Assembly: GCA_036172245.1 (NCBI GenBank)
Contig: JAYWIR010000018.1
Span: 1,116,001 to 1,180,000 of the forward strand
Direction: 5' to 3'
DNA: 64,000 nucleotides
From: Raillietiella orientalis
Taxonomy: Eukaryota
The notes below the pieces were generated by a model, which searched no databases, was not told where the DNA came from, and saw only the letters and a program-made list of their open reading frames with translations. Each line of letters starts with the position of its first letter. Within the stretch, counting starts at the first letter, position 1. Shown in pieces: positions 62,770-64,000 of this stretch. The position numbers were made by a program, and so were the translations under genes.

Positions 62770-63365
62770 CCCGAGGGAGACATTAACCAGCTTCCCCGGT
62801 ACGCGGTGGAGTGTCCCCCTGAAGGGAGGGGAAGACGGCTCCATTTTCACAACTGGCGGAAACCTCTTCCTTGTGCTCTCCGAAGGGACTCCCCGGTTTG
62901 CCGGGGCTGCTCCTCATTTCTTCTTTCGAAGGGGAAGGATCCGCACTCCTGAAATTTTTTCTTCGGAGGGACCCGTGGCAAGGGAACTGCTCCCCGTTTC
63001 CTCCTCTGAAGAGCACTCCCTGAAGAGAGCGGCGCGCTTCTTGCGCTCAGGAGGGGAGACCCCCTGAGGGAGGTATCAACCAGCTCCATGTTGGTACGGC
63101 TCCCCTTTTCACAACCGGAGGGGAACCCCGAAGGATTCTTTGATTCCTAGAAGGACCCTAGAGCAGTTCCGGCTAGTAAACAGGGGATTCCGGCTTCCAC
63201 CAGTGCTGCACCCGGACATGCGTCATCCTGCGGGAGGAACTCGAAATCAACAACGCACCCCCTTCCATTTCTTGGAGTCGATCCTTTCAATCTCGGATTC
63301 GAAACCGCGACGCGTGACGCCACGAGCGTGCAGACCTCAATCACAGGCCGCCAACGCGGGCGTCT
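62770..63365 (-). repeat. SINE-like family copy F (head present, body rearranged, tail not seen)
   Basis: The reverse complement head reads gcccgcgttggcggcctgtg...ggtttcgaatccg...aggatcgac. Body blocks (gaggtatcaaccagc, aaccggaggggaacccc, ggcttccaccagtgctgca) match copy D. Confidence 0.8.
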
Positions 63366-64000
63366 CGGTCTTCGTATCAGCAAACGAATGCTCGCGGATG
63401 AGTCTCGCGTTGGAGCTAGTGCTGGAGCCGATGGAGCTGACGTCGCAGTAACGAATCTCTGAGTCGCCGACGGCATGCACTCAGATAAAGCCGTTGCCGG
63501 ATCTGAACGTCAGAGCATCCAGTCTTCTGTTTTCTCACGCCGACTTCACGGCAATCTCGAAGACGACGGAATCTGACGACTGCCGGATCTTCTGGTTTGT
63601 TCAGAAGCTCCTGCCACTCACCGCTCGTCATCTCGCAAGGGATGCATTCACTTCCATGACGAAAGAGGAAGAAGAGGTGGAAGAAGGAGGAGGAACGTCC
63701 CACGTGTCTGTTCTCGAGTGTGGCGGTCGCTCCGCCGTCGCTTCCCCCAGCCACTGAGAGATAACTCTCTCCAGGAGGAGATACCGCCACTCGCCTCCCG
63801 GGCACTCGGTGCCGTTCCCCGTTTTGTTCAGGGGCTGGAGACGGGAACTGGAGATTTGAAAGGAGCGTCCCTTGGACCTCGGACCTTTCGTTTCCTTCCT
63901 CATCCTCCTCGTCAGTTTGAAATTTTCTCCGTCTTCCTCCCTCTCCCTTCCCCCTTCTCTTTCGCTGGGCTCTTCTCGAATCCGGGAACCAGGAAATGAC

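Overview
Eukaryotic (metazoan, probably invertebrate) genomic DNA, not prokaryotic; most ORFs in the supplied track are GC-rich shadow ORFs. Four conserved spliced genes could be reconstructed by hand with GT-AG introns and consistent reading phase: CINP (-, 6150-6928), an SLC16/MCT-type MFS transporter (+, 19027-29626, 8.9 kb first intron), an FGFR1OP2/SIKE-family coiled-coil protein (-, 29500-30394) and the first three exons of the lysosomal Pro-X carboxypeptidase PRCP (+, from 58769, incomplete). A candidate secreted orphan gene lies at 823-1232 (-). Most introns are only 37-67 nt. The intergenic space carries about six diverged copies of a ~750 bp tRNA-headed SINE-like repeat, an internally deleted piggyBac element (42241-43334), a possible piggyBac MITE, several heavily decayed RTE-like LINE remnants and a near-identical 140 bp local duplication. 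AT-rich, CpG-poor domains alternate sharply with GC-rich, CpG-rich domains. I found no CRISPR array, rRNA, convincing tRNA gene or new multi-gene system. The most notable items are the micro-introns, the tail-to-tail overlap of the MCT and FGFR1OP2 genes, the long SINE family and the orphan secreted gene. All family assignments come from motif recall, not database searches.
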